DNA of 32,000 bases, taken from positions 1 to 32,000 of the forward strand of contig JAPWTZ010000003.1 of assembly GCA_028275775.1 (NCBI GenBank). Direction: 5' to 3'. Below are positions 15,049 to 23,428 of the stretch, piece by piece (position 1 is the first letter of the stretch; each line of letters opens with the position of its first letter). Source of the DNA: Candidatus Nanopusillus sp. (GTDB taxonomy: Archaea; Nanobdellota; Nanobdellia; Nanobdellales; Nanobdellaceae). Position numbers and translations under genes: made by a program. The notes under the pieces are model-generated. The model was not told the origin of the DNA, did not search any database, and worked only from the letters and a program-made list of their open reading frames with translations.

Positions 15049-17264
15049 TTTATATATATTGTTAATTGATCTTTATATAATGTATTTACCATTGTTGTAT
15101 TTAAAACATATATATTAAAGTTTTCTGAATATGTATAATTATTTACAATATTTCCTTGATATATTGTTCCATTAAATATTGTTATGTTTAAATTATTAAA
15201 ATAAAAATATGCATTTTGATAATTTTCTGATAAATTAATTAAATTATTTAAATTTATTACATTTATTGGTTTAATATAATTTATCTCAATATATGGAATT
15301 TGAGTAGAAAATGCTAAATATAATGCGGTTTGTTTATCTAAATTTGGATTTGAATATAGATAGAAGTAATAATTTTGATAATTATAATTATTATTTAATG
15401 TTGCATTTAAGAAATAAAGATTATTATAATTATAGTTATTATATGAGGAAATATATGAAATATATATTGTTGGATTATAATTTGTATATAATATAGAATC
15501 TAAGTGTCCAGAACAAGTAATAGTCTCTATAAAAGTTTGTATATTATATTTATAATATTTTCTTAATATTATACCATTCTCATATTCATAATAAAAATAT
15601 CCATTATATAAATTGTTTAGGTCAAATATTTTATTATAAATATTAGTTGAGTCTAAAATAAAACCATAATAAGATTGCGAAGTATTCCAAAATATCATAT
15701 TATTTGAATTGTAGTATTTTTCTGTATTAAATATATACCAATAAGTATTAGAAAATATTATATCCTTTATAGATAGATTTGTAGAATTATATAGATATAA
15801 TAAGGCTAATGAGTCATTGTAAACATAGGGAGTTAAATTATAAGGCTCATATTGGGAAGTATAGAAAGAAAAACCAATAAATGTATATAAACTGCATATG
15901 TTTAAATAACTTGATGGAATAGAATAGTAGTTGTTACCATAATTATCTGTTAGATAAGAAAAGTATGCTAAATTCATACCATTATTATTATATATTGCAA
16001 AGTCATTATTATAATTCAATAGTGGAATTTCTCCACTACCTAAATCATTATATTGAGAAAAGTCATAAGTTAAATTCGGACCTATAATAAATTTATAATT
16101 ATTAGTTAAATTTGGTTGATAAATAATTTTTATATTTGGTATTACATTATATGGAATTATATTTATATAATATGCAATAATATTTTGACCATATATTTGT
16201 AAATTAGCGCTATTATCATTATTATAACAATAATAAACATATAAAGAATTTGGATTTCCAGAAGATGGTAGATTTATATTACAATTATCTCCTAATTGTA
16301 TATAAGCATTATAAAGACTACTATTTTTAATATTAAATAATATTAAATAATTGCCTTTAGGAATACTATTTTTATAAGTAATTTTAAAGTTATTATACTG
16401 TGTACTGTAAATATAATCTCCAGGATTCATATATATAATATTTATAGGGGTATTATTTATCCAATATTGACTAAACTGTTGATAATTTTGATAACTAAAA
16501 TTATCATATACCGGAAATATTTCTTTTCCATCAACTGAATAACTATTTGTTCCATTTATTGGAGAAATGTTTAATACTACATAACTATTTGGAGAAATAT
16601 TTAAATCAATCCAAATTCCATAAGCATTATTATTAAAACTATTACAATTTAAATTATTATTTAAATAACAAAAATAATAATTATTTCTATTTAAATCTTC
16701 TACAGATAGATTATAACCATTTTGTAACCAATAAAAAATATCGGTAGAAGTTATAAATACAGGATAATTAGTTAAAGGTTGATTTGAAGGATTTGAAACA
16801 TTTATTAAAACATATTGTGGTTGATTATTGTTTATATTAAAATTTAGAAAGTTTGCATAAAAAAATATTCCAACATTTGGATCTAAATATGTATTATTTG
16901 TATTATTTAATACTCCAGAATAATTTGTTAAAAAGGATATATTTAATGGATAATATATTGGAAATGATGTACAAAAATCATTATATGCATTTTCATAAAT
17001 TGAATTATTATATATTGGAGAATTTTGTAAACATTGATAATACATAGATAATGGTATTGAAACATTTAATGACAATAAATAATATTTAGTTTCAATTGAA
17101 TTTAATATATTGTTTATATAATCATTATAATAATTTATTTGATCATAATTATTGATATTGTTTATTATGTATCCTCTATACATTGCTAAATAAAATGTTA
17201 AAAATGAAATAAAAATTACTATTGCAATTATACCTTCTATTTCCTTTACTATCCCTCTAACCAT
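15045..17264 (-). CDS. large extracellular N/Y-rich protein with a prepilin-like N-terminus
   Basis: A 2.2-kb frame stays open in stop-rich AT DNA. The track start at 17306 is TTG; the first ATG at 17264 gives MVRG|IVKEIEGIIAIVIFISFLTF. I counted about 27 N-x-S/T sequons by hand, and there are very few Lys after the anchor. Confidence 0.6.
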   Translation of the reverse strand: MVRGIVKEIEGIIAIVIFISFLTFYLAMYRGYIINNINNYDQINYYNDYINNILNSIETKYYLLSLNVSIPLSMYYQCLQNSPIYNNSIYENAYNDFCTSFPIYYPLNISFLTNYSGVLNNTNNTYLDPNVGIFFYANFLNFNINNNQPQYVLINVSNPSNQPLTNYPVFITSTDIFYWLQNGYNLSVEDLNRNNYYFCYLNNNLNCNSFNNNAYGIWIDLNISPNSYVVLNISPINGTNSYSVDGKEIFPVYDNFSYQNYQQFSQYWINNTPINIIYMNPGDYIYSTQYNNFKITYKNSIPKGNYLILFNIKNSSLYNAYIQLGDNCNINLPSSGNPNSLYVYYCYNNDNSANLQIYGQNIIAYYINIIPYNVIPNIKIIYQPNLTNNYKFIIGPNLTYDFSQYNDLGSGEIPLLNYNNDFAIYNNNGMNLAYFSYLTDNYGNNYYSIPSSYLNICSLYTFIGFSFYTSQYEPYNLTPYVYNDSLALLYLYNSTNLSIKDIIFSNTYWYIFNTEKYYNSNNMIFWNTSQSYYGFILDSTNIYNKIFDLNNLYNGYFYYEYENGIILRKYYKYNIQTFIETITCSGHLDSILYTNYNPTIYISYISSYNNYNYNNLYFLNATLNNNYNYQNYYFYLYSNPNLDKQTALYLAFSTQIPYIEINYIKPINVINLNNLINLSENYQNAYFYFNNLNITIFNGTIYQGNIVNNYTYSENFNIYVLNTTMVNTLYKDQLTIYIK

Positions 17265-18547
17265 AATCTTTTTCTTATTAATGTAGGATCTGCACCTCCA
17301 TGCCAAGAAACCCTCGGTTTCATTTGAACAGGATATATTCTTTCAGATTTATCATCTAAAATTAAAGCAGCACCTTTTTTCTTTGGTAAATTTTCATTCA
17401 TATATATATCAATATCCTGTGCAGTAAAATTCTTCATTATTTCATTTAAAGATTTTAAATCTCTTTCTGCAGTTACTCTATGTGATATAACTATATCACT
17501 TTGGGTAATTACATCTGTATGCATTTTACCAGGTTGCTGTGTTGCCAATACTAATGTTATACCAGGTTGCCTTCCTTCTCTTATTATTTGTATTAAAGGT
17601 TCTGTTGCTGGTGTAATTGAATCATTTGGAATTGCCTCATGTGCTTCATCAATTGCAATCCATATTAATGGAAATTCTCTTGTACCCAATTCTTTTGAAA
17701 TATATATTTCTTCTAATTCTTCTACTTTTCTATATATTAATCTTTGATAAAATATTTTCTTAGATATTAATCCAATTACTAAATTTTTTATTGACCATCC
17801 CCCAGTTATTGCAGTATATAAAGATATATCTAATATATTTATATAACCTGGCTTTGTTAAATTTCTTATACTTTCAGCTTTTTCAGAAAATAATCCCCAG
17901 CTATCTGCATTTTCAAAATATGTAGTTATAGCATTTTTCATATTACTATCTATATCTAATTTTTCAGTATAATTTATTATATCCTGTATAGAATATCCAT
18001 TATTGTTTTCCTTCATTCTTTTTATAATTTTTTGTATATATAATGCAATATTTGATGTTGGATCTAAATTAAATGTTAAAACCCATTCAATTCCTGATAG
18101 ATCTGATGGATTTAATTGAAAAACATCATCTATAGGAATATTTATTTTTCTATATTCATCTAATAAACCTTTGGGAACCAATATTCTACAGTTTTTTATT
18201 GATTTTGGTTTTAAACCCCATTTTTCTAATAATTCAGCATCTCTATAATTTGGAAATTTCATTGTCCAAAATATTCCCATTGTATCAAATATTAATCCTG
18301 AGAAATTATTTAATAAATCTTTTTCAAGATCAGATAGACTTTCAAATATTGAAGCTAATGTATAACTTTTTCCTTGTCCCCTTTTTCCAGCAATTAATAT
18401 TAAATGTGGAAGATTTACATCTAAATAAACTGTATTTGCTAAAGACAAAGCATTTTCCATTTTTATATATTCTTTACCTATGAAAATTGATCCTTTCAAT
18501 CCATATTTTTCTAAATCATCTAATGATCTTCCTACAATAATATCCAT
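17249..18547 (-). CDS. HerA/FtsK-superfamily P-loop ATPase (DUF87/COG0433-like)
   Basis: VYLDVNLPHLILIAGKRGQGKSYT (Walker A), PLIWIAIDEAHEAIP (Walker B), GRQPGITLVLATQQPGKM and IVISHRV. 432 aa. The 3' end overlaps the next gene by 16 nt. Confidence 0.8.
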   Translation of the reverse strand: MDIIVGRSLDDLEKYGLKGSIFIGKEYIKMENALSLANTVYLDVNLPHLILIAGKRGQGKSYTLASIFESLSDLEKDLLNNFSGLIFDTMGIFWTMKFPNYRDAELLEKWGLKPKSIKNCRILVPKGLLDEYRKINIPIDDVFQLNPSDLSGIEWVLTFNLDPTSNIALYIQKIIKRMKENNNGYSIQDIINYTEKLDIDSNMKNAITTYFENADSWGLFSEKAESIRNLTKPGYINILDISLYTAITGGWSIKNLVIGLISKKIFYQRLIYRKVEELEEIYISKELGTREFPLIWIAIDEAHEAIPNDSITPATEPLIQIIREGRQPGITLVLATQQPGKMHTDVITQSDIVISHRVTAERDLKSLNEIMKNFTAQDIDIYMNENLPKKKGAALILDDKSERIYPVQMKPRVSWHGGADPTLIRKRLWLEG

Positions 18548-18584
18548 ACATTTTATGTAAATTTTTATAATTAATAAATTAATA

Positions 18585-19193
18585 ATGCAAAGTAAATATA
18601 CAGCTTTATTGATTGGTAGATTTCAGCCATTTCATATTGGTCATTTGAATAGTTTATGGAAAATTCTAGAAAAATATGATGTAAATAATATAAAAATTAT
18701 TGTTGCTAGAAAAGAAAATTCTAGATTAGATAGTAATCCGATACCATTAGATGTTACAATAGATAATATATCAAAAGGTTTAGAGATGATATATGGAGAA
18801 AAATATAATATTGAAGTATATGGTATTTACTATAAAAATTTAATTGATCTCTTTGTTAAAATTGGAAATATTCTTAATTATAATAAATGGAAAACAGATT
18901 ACATAATAAATACTGGTGATATAAAACGTTTAATAATGTTTAAAATAGTTAGAATATTTTATAAAATAATTTATGATATAGACCTTAAGGTTATTTATAG
19001 TCCTAGAATTATTAGTGGAAAAGAAATTAGGGAAAATCTAAGAAATGGAAATATAAAATATGTTAAATATATAGTTTATCCAGAAAAAGAAATAATAAAT
19101 TATATTATGCACCCGCCGGGATTTGAACCCGGGTCGCGGGCTTGGAAGGCCCGCATCCTGCCACTAGACGACGGGTGCAATATATATTCTTAA
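18585..19193 (+). CDS. nadM: nicotinamide-nucleotide adenylyltransferase, archaeal type
   Basis: ALLIGRFQPFHIGHL motif and ISGKEIRENLRNG. The last ~28 codons (HPPGFEPGSRAWKARILPLDDGCNIYS) are simply the antisense of tRNA-Gly. Confidence 0.8.
   Translation: MQSKYTALLIGRFQPFHIGHLNSLWKILEKYDVNNIKIIVARKENSRLDSNPIPLDVTIDNISKGLEMIYGEKYNIEVYGIYYKNLIDLFVKIGNILNYNKWKTDYIINTGDIKRLIMFKIVRIFYKIIYDIDLKVIYSPRIISGKEIRENLRNGNIKYVKYIVYPEKEIINYIMHPPGFEPGSRAWKARILPLDDGCNIYS
19108..19178 (-). tRNA. tRNA-Gly (anticodon UCC)
   Basis: Minus strand: GCACCCG-UC-GUCU-AGUGGCA-GGAU-G-CGGGC-CUUCCAA-GCCCG-CGAC-CCGGG-UUCAAAU-CCCGG-CGGGUGC-A. Full 71-nt cloverleaf, no intron, CCA not encoded. Confidence 0.93.
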
Positions 19194-19317
19194 TAAGTTT
19201 AATATTATTAAACTTTGTAATCTTATCAATTGAATATTTTAAAGGAGAGAATAATGAAAATATAACTTTGTAATTAAAATTATTTATATTTTTAAAGCAT
19301 ATTAAATATGATTAGTT

Positions 19318-20034
19318 ATGGACAATATTCCAAAACACGTAGCAGTTATACCAGATGGTAATAGAAGGTATGCTAAAAAATATAATTTATCTATCTATGA
19401 AGCATACAAAATTGGTTCTGATAAAGCTGTGGAATTTTTAAATTGGTGTATAGAATTTGGTATAAAAGTTGCTACAATTTTTATTATTTCATATGACAAT
19501 TTTATAAAAAGACCAAAAGAAGAAGTAGATCCTATACTAGAATTATTAAGAGAAAAATTAAAAATGGTAAGAGAAGATAAAAGGATTATTGAAAATGAAG
19601 TAAAAATAAAGATAATTGGTAGGACATATCTTTTACCAGATGATATTCAGAAGGAAATAAAATTAGTAGAAGATCTGACAAAAAATAATTCTAAATATTA
19701 TTTAAATTTGGCAGTTATATATGGAAGCAGGCAAGAAATAATTGATGGTATTAAAAAATTATTTGAAGATTTTAAAAAAGGTATTATAGATATTAATAAT
19801 TTGGATGAATCATTATTTATGAAATATTTATATTTTGATGATGAAATTCCATATCCAGAGCCAGATTTAATAATAAGAACAAGTGGAGAACATAGAATAA
19901 GTAATTATCTATTATATCAGGCTGCATATTCTGAATTATATTTTATAGATAAATATTGGCCAGAGATTACAAAAGAAGATTTTATAAACGCAATTGAATG
20001 GTATAAGAAAAGGGAAAGAAGATTTGGAAAATAA
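19318..20034 (+). CDS. uppS: undecaprenyl/polyprenyl diphosphate synthase (cis-prenyltransferase)
   Basis: HVAVIPDGNRRYAKK and IIRTSGEHRISNYLLYQAAYSELYF...WPE. Confidence 0.92.
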   Translation: MDNIPKHVAVIPDGNRRYAKKYNLSIYEAYKIGSDKAVEFLNWCIEFGIKVATIFIISYDNFIKRPKEEVDPILELLREKLKMVREDKRIIENEVKIKIIGRTYLLPDDIQKEIKLVEDLTKNNSKYYLNLAVIYGSRQEIIDGIKKLFEDFKKGIIDINNLDESLFMKYLYFDDEIPYPEPDLIIRTSGEHRISNYLLYQAAYSELYFIDKYWPEITKEDFINAIEWYKKRERRFGK

Positions 20035-20106
20035 TGGACCCGCCGGGATTTGAACCCGGGATCTCCGGCTAGCCAGGCCGACATCCTACGACTAGACTAC
20101 GGGCCC
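20035..20106 (-). tRNA. tRNA-Ala (anticodon GGC)
   Basis: Minus strand: GGGCCCG-UA-GUCU-AGUCGUA-GGAU-G-UCGGC-CUGGCUA-GCCGG-AGAUC-CCGGG-UUCAAAU-CCCGG-CGGGUCC-A. Has the G3:U70 alanine identity pair. 72 nt, CCA not encoded. Abuts the uppS stop codon. Confidence 0.9.
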
Positions 20107-20131
20107 AATAAATTTTAAATATCCTTTAAAT

Positions 20132-21382
20132 TTATATATAATATGCCGGAATAGTATATACTTTTGTATTATAAATATCTCTCACTTCAAATTCATCTAA
20201 AGTTATTATTAATCCTTTCTCTGGTTTATATTTTTTAATAAATGTGTAAAAGCCCCTATTAATTCTTCTAGATGTTTTTACTTCTATTGGAATAATTTTA
20301 TCTCCTTTTGTTAAAATAAAATCTATTTCTGCCTTTCCAGTTGTCCTCCAATAATTTATTTTCCAATCTGAGAAATTTTTTAATAATTCAATATAAACAA
20401 AGTTTTCTAATAATTGTCCTTTATCTGTTCTTTTATCATATTCTAAAAAATTATCTATAACAGAATTTCTCAAACCCAGGTCTATAAAATATATTTTTTT
20501 AGCTTTTTTTAATTCTGTTACAATATTTTTATGAAAAGGTTCAATTAGATCTATTATATATGTGTGTTTTAATATTGTTATATAATTTTCAACTTTTCTA
20601 TAACTTATTTTTAATTCTTTAGAAACTGAAGAAATATCTAAAATATTTCCTATTATAAAGGATAAATATCTAGTAAGATCTATAAATTTTGAAGAATCAT
20701 AAATATGGAAAAAATTTACAATATCCTTTTCAATATATAAATTATATAGATTTTTTAATAATATTTTCTTTTCTTCAAAATCTTTTGCTATAGAAACTTC
20801 TGGATATCCTCCATATATTAAATATTCTTTTAAATATTTTACTATTTCCTCATTAAAAGATGGTTTTTTAATTTCATCATCTTTTTCTAAAAATTCCCTT
20901 AAAGATTCCCTTTTTTCTTTTACTAAATTTGCAAGTCCTTTATCTTTTGATAATAAAAATTCATAGAAATTAAAAGGATATAAAGTAAATAATATTAATC
21001 TTCCAACCAAATCTGGAAGTATTTTTGTATTAATTTCTAATGTTGAAGATCCAGATATAAAAATTTTAATATCGTCAAAATTATCATATATTATTTTCAA
21101 TATTTTTCCACCATCCTTTAATTTTTGAATTTCATCTAAAAAAAGAAATAATTTCTTTTCATCTTTATATCTTTTAATAAAATCTATATAATTTTCTTCA
21201 AAATTTTTTCTATATTCATCTATATACATATCAATATATACTTTATTTTCATTGATTTTTTCATAAATATTTTTTAATAATGTAGTTTTTCCAGCCTGTC
21301 TTGGTCCTCTTATTCCTATTATTTCCTTTCTTCCGATAAACTTATTTATTTTTTCTTCTATTTCTCTATTTATATATGTCAT
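20132..21382 (-). CDS. AAA+ superfamily ATPase, COG1373 type (AAA_14 + DUF4143-like)
   Basis: IIGIRGPRQAGKTTLLK (Walker A) and LFLFLDEIQ (Walker B). The C-terminal half is typical of the archaeal COG1373 family. Confidence 0.8.
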   Translation of the reverse strand: MTYINREIEEKINKFIGRKEIIGIRGPRQAGKTTLLKNIYEKINENKVYIDMYIDEYRKNFEENYIDFIKRYKDEKKLFLFLDEIQKLKDGGKILKIIYDNFDDIKIFISGSSTLEINTKILPDLVGRLILFTLYPFNFYEFLLSKDKGLANLVKEKRESLREFLEKDDEIKKPSFNEEIVKYLKEYLIYGGYPEVSIAKDFEEKKILLKNLYNLYIEKDIVNFFHIYDSSKFIDLTRYLSFIIGNILDISSVSKELKISYRKVENYITILKHTYIIDLIEPFHKNIVTELKKAKKIYFIDLGLRNSVIDNFLEYDKRTDKGQLLENFVYIELLKNFSDWKINYWRTTGKAEIDFILTKGDKIIPIEVKTSRRINRGFYTFIKKYKPEKGLIITLDEFEVRDIYNTKVYTIPAYYI

Positions 21383-21431
21383 AATAACTCTATTATTTTT
21401 TCAATCCTTATAAAAATAACTCTATTATTTT
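21383..21431. repeat. two copies of a 17-nt direct repeat in a divergent promoter region
   Basis: AATAACTCTATTATTTT occurs at 21383-21399 and again at 21415-21431 (32-nt period), between the COG1373 ATPase start (21382) and the AOR start (21487). Confidence 0.6.
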
Positions 21432-21486
21432 ATCAAATATAGTTAGAATATTAAATATTTTTTAAGTATGAAAATAATTATAATTT

Positions 21487-23391
21487 ATGGTTTATGGATA
21501 TATGGGAAAGATTTTAAGAGTAAATTTAACTGAAGAGAAAATTTCTATAGAATCTTTACCTTCAGAAGATATATTGAGAAAATGGTTGGGAGGAAGGGGA
21601 ATTGGTACATATTATATAATAAAGGAAGTACCACCCAATGTAGATCCTTTAAGTCCCGAAAACAAATTAATTATTGCTACAGGACCTGTAACTGGAATTA
21701 CTGGAATTCCAACTGCTGGAAGATGGTCTATTGTTACGAAATCTCCAATAACAAATACAATTTATGAAGGAAATGCTGGAGGAAAATTTAGTGCAGAATT
21801 AAAATTTTCAGGTTTTGATTTTATAATAATTGAAGGAAAAGCAAATAGACCTGTATATTTATGGATATATAATGGAAAAGCAGAAATAAGAGATGCAAAA
21901 CATTTATGGGGAAAGACAGTTTATCAAACTGTGGATTTAATTAGGGAAGAACTATCATCAATTGTAGGAAAGGATGATGCAAAAAATATTAAAGTAATTA
22001 GTATAGGACCTGCAGGTGAAAAATTAGTTAAAATAGCTGCTGTAATAGAAGATAAAGGAAAAGGTGCTGTTGGAAGAGGTGGAATTGCAGCTGTATTTGG
22101 AAGTAAGAATTTAAAGGCAATTGCTGTGAGAGGAAATTTAAAACCTCAAATTGCAAATCAAGAAAAATTCAGAGAAGTTATTTTGAAATCTTCACAATTT
22201 GTAAGAAATTCTACTATTACATCTATAATATTACCAAAATATGGGACTGCAGGATTCTTAGCAAAAGCCTTAGGAGAAAAAGGTATGATACCTGTAAAAA
22301 ATTATCAAACAAATGTATTTTCAGATTTTAATAAATTATCTGGAGAAACTATTGTAAAAGAATATTTAGATCAAGAAAAAACAAGAGAATCAATATGTTG
22401 GGGATGTCCAATAGGATGTAAAAAATATACAAGGGTTGATAAACCATTATTTAGTACAGAGGGAGAAGGTCCAGAATATATGGGTGTATGGGGATTTGGA
22501 TATAATCTAAATAATGATAATTTACCTTCTGTTTTAAGGGCTTACCATTTATGTAATGAATTAGGTTTAGATATTGTTGGAACAGGTCATGTTATTGGAA
22601 CATTTATTGAATTTGTTGAAAAAGGAAAAATACCAAATGAAAAATTGGAAGGATTAAAAGTTAATTGGGGAGATCCAGAATTAATTATTGAATTAATATA
22701 TAGAATTGCAAATAGAATTGGAATTGGGGATGATTTATCAGAAGGTACAAAGGAATTTGCAAAGAAATATAATGCAGAAGAATATGCAATGATAAATAAA
22801 AGGGGAATGCCTTTGTTTGGTTTTGATCCAAGAGGAGCACAGGGTTATGGATTATGGTATGCAACAAGTAATACAGGTGATTATGATCAATTAGGATTAT
22901 TTAAAGAAGTTACAGAACCAACTTATTTAGGAAATAATAATATTAATAGATTTGAAACAAAAGGAAAAGGAGAATTAATAAAAAAAGAACAAGATTTGGC
23001 TGCAGCAATTGATAGTATGATTGTATGTAGATTTTCAAGGTATGCATTAAATGAAGAAATATATGCTGAACAATTATCTTCAGTTACTGGATGGGATATT
23101 AATCCTCAAGAATTATTAAAAATTGGAGAAAGAATATGGAATGCAGAAAGGGTATATAATATTTTAGTATTTGGAGATAATTCAGAATATGATAATTTAC
23201 CAAAAAGATTCTTAGAAGAACCATTTAAAGAGGGACCTTCTGCAGGTTATGTAGTAAAAATTAATGAAATGTTACCTGAATATTATAAAGCGAGAGGTTG
23301 GATAAATGGAAGACCTACAAGAGAGAAGTTAGAAGAATTAGATTTAAAATGGTTAGCAGATATTTTAGAGGAAAAGCATTTATTACTTTAA
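21487..23391 (+). CDS. aor: aldehyde:ferredoxin oxidoreductase family (tungstopterin enzyme)
   Basis: The N-terminal domain begins GKILRVNLTEEKISIE. 4Fe-4S ligands are ICWGCPIGC plus the downstream MIVCRFS. 634 aa. Confidence 0.9.
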   Translation: MVYGYMGKILRVNLTEEKISIESLPSEDILRKWLGGRGIGTYYIIKEVPPNVDPLSPENKLIIATGPVTGITGIPTAGRWSIVTKSPITNTIYEGNAGGKFSAELKFSGFDFIIIEGKANRPVYLWIYNGKAEIRDAKHLWGKTVYQTVDLIREELSSIVGKDDAKNIKVISIGPAGEKLVKIAAVIEDKGKGAVGRGGIAAVFGSKNLKAIAVRGNLKPQIANQEKFREVILKSSQFVRNSTITSIILPKYGTAGFLAKALGEKGMIPVKNYQTNVFSDFNKLSGETIVKEYLDQEKTRESICWGCPIGCKKYTRVDKPLFSTEGEGPEYMGVWGFGYNLNNDNLPSVLRAYHLCNELGLDIVGTGHVIGTFIEFVEKGKIPNEKLEGLKVNWGDPELIIELIYRIANRIGIGDDLSEGTKEFAKKYNAEEYAMINKRGMPLFGFDPRGAQGYGLWYATSNTGDYDQLGLFKEVTEPTYLGNNNINRFETKGKGELIKKEQDLAAAIDSMIVCRFSRYALNEEIYAEQLSSVTGWDINPQELLKIGERIWNAERVYNILVFGDNSEYDNLPKRFLEEPFKEGPSAGYVVKINEMLPEYYKARGWINGRPTREKLEELDLKWLADILEEKHLLL

Positions 23392-23428
23392 TTTTTAAAA
23401 ATTTAAAATAAATAAAAACTTTAAATTT

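Noticed and set aside
15045-17306. The N/Y-rich 2.2-kb region interpreted as non-coding low-complexity DNA or a decayed pseudogene.
   Set aside because: A single frame stays open for more than 730 codons in DNA where stop codons are highly probable. It also has an organised N-terminal anchor and ATGA coupling to the downstream gene.
19111-20060. A 23-nt perfect direct repeat flanking uppS, which looks like att sites of an integrated element next to tRNA genes.
   Set aside because: The repeat is simply the shared T-arm plus 3' acceptor strand of two complete tRNA genes (Gly and Ala). The enclosed gene is housekeeping uppS, and no integrase is present.
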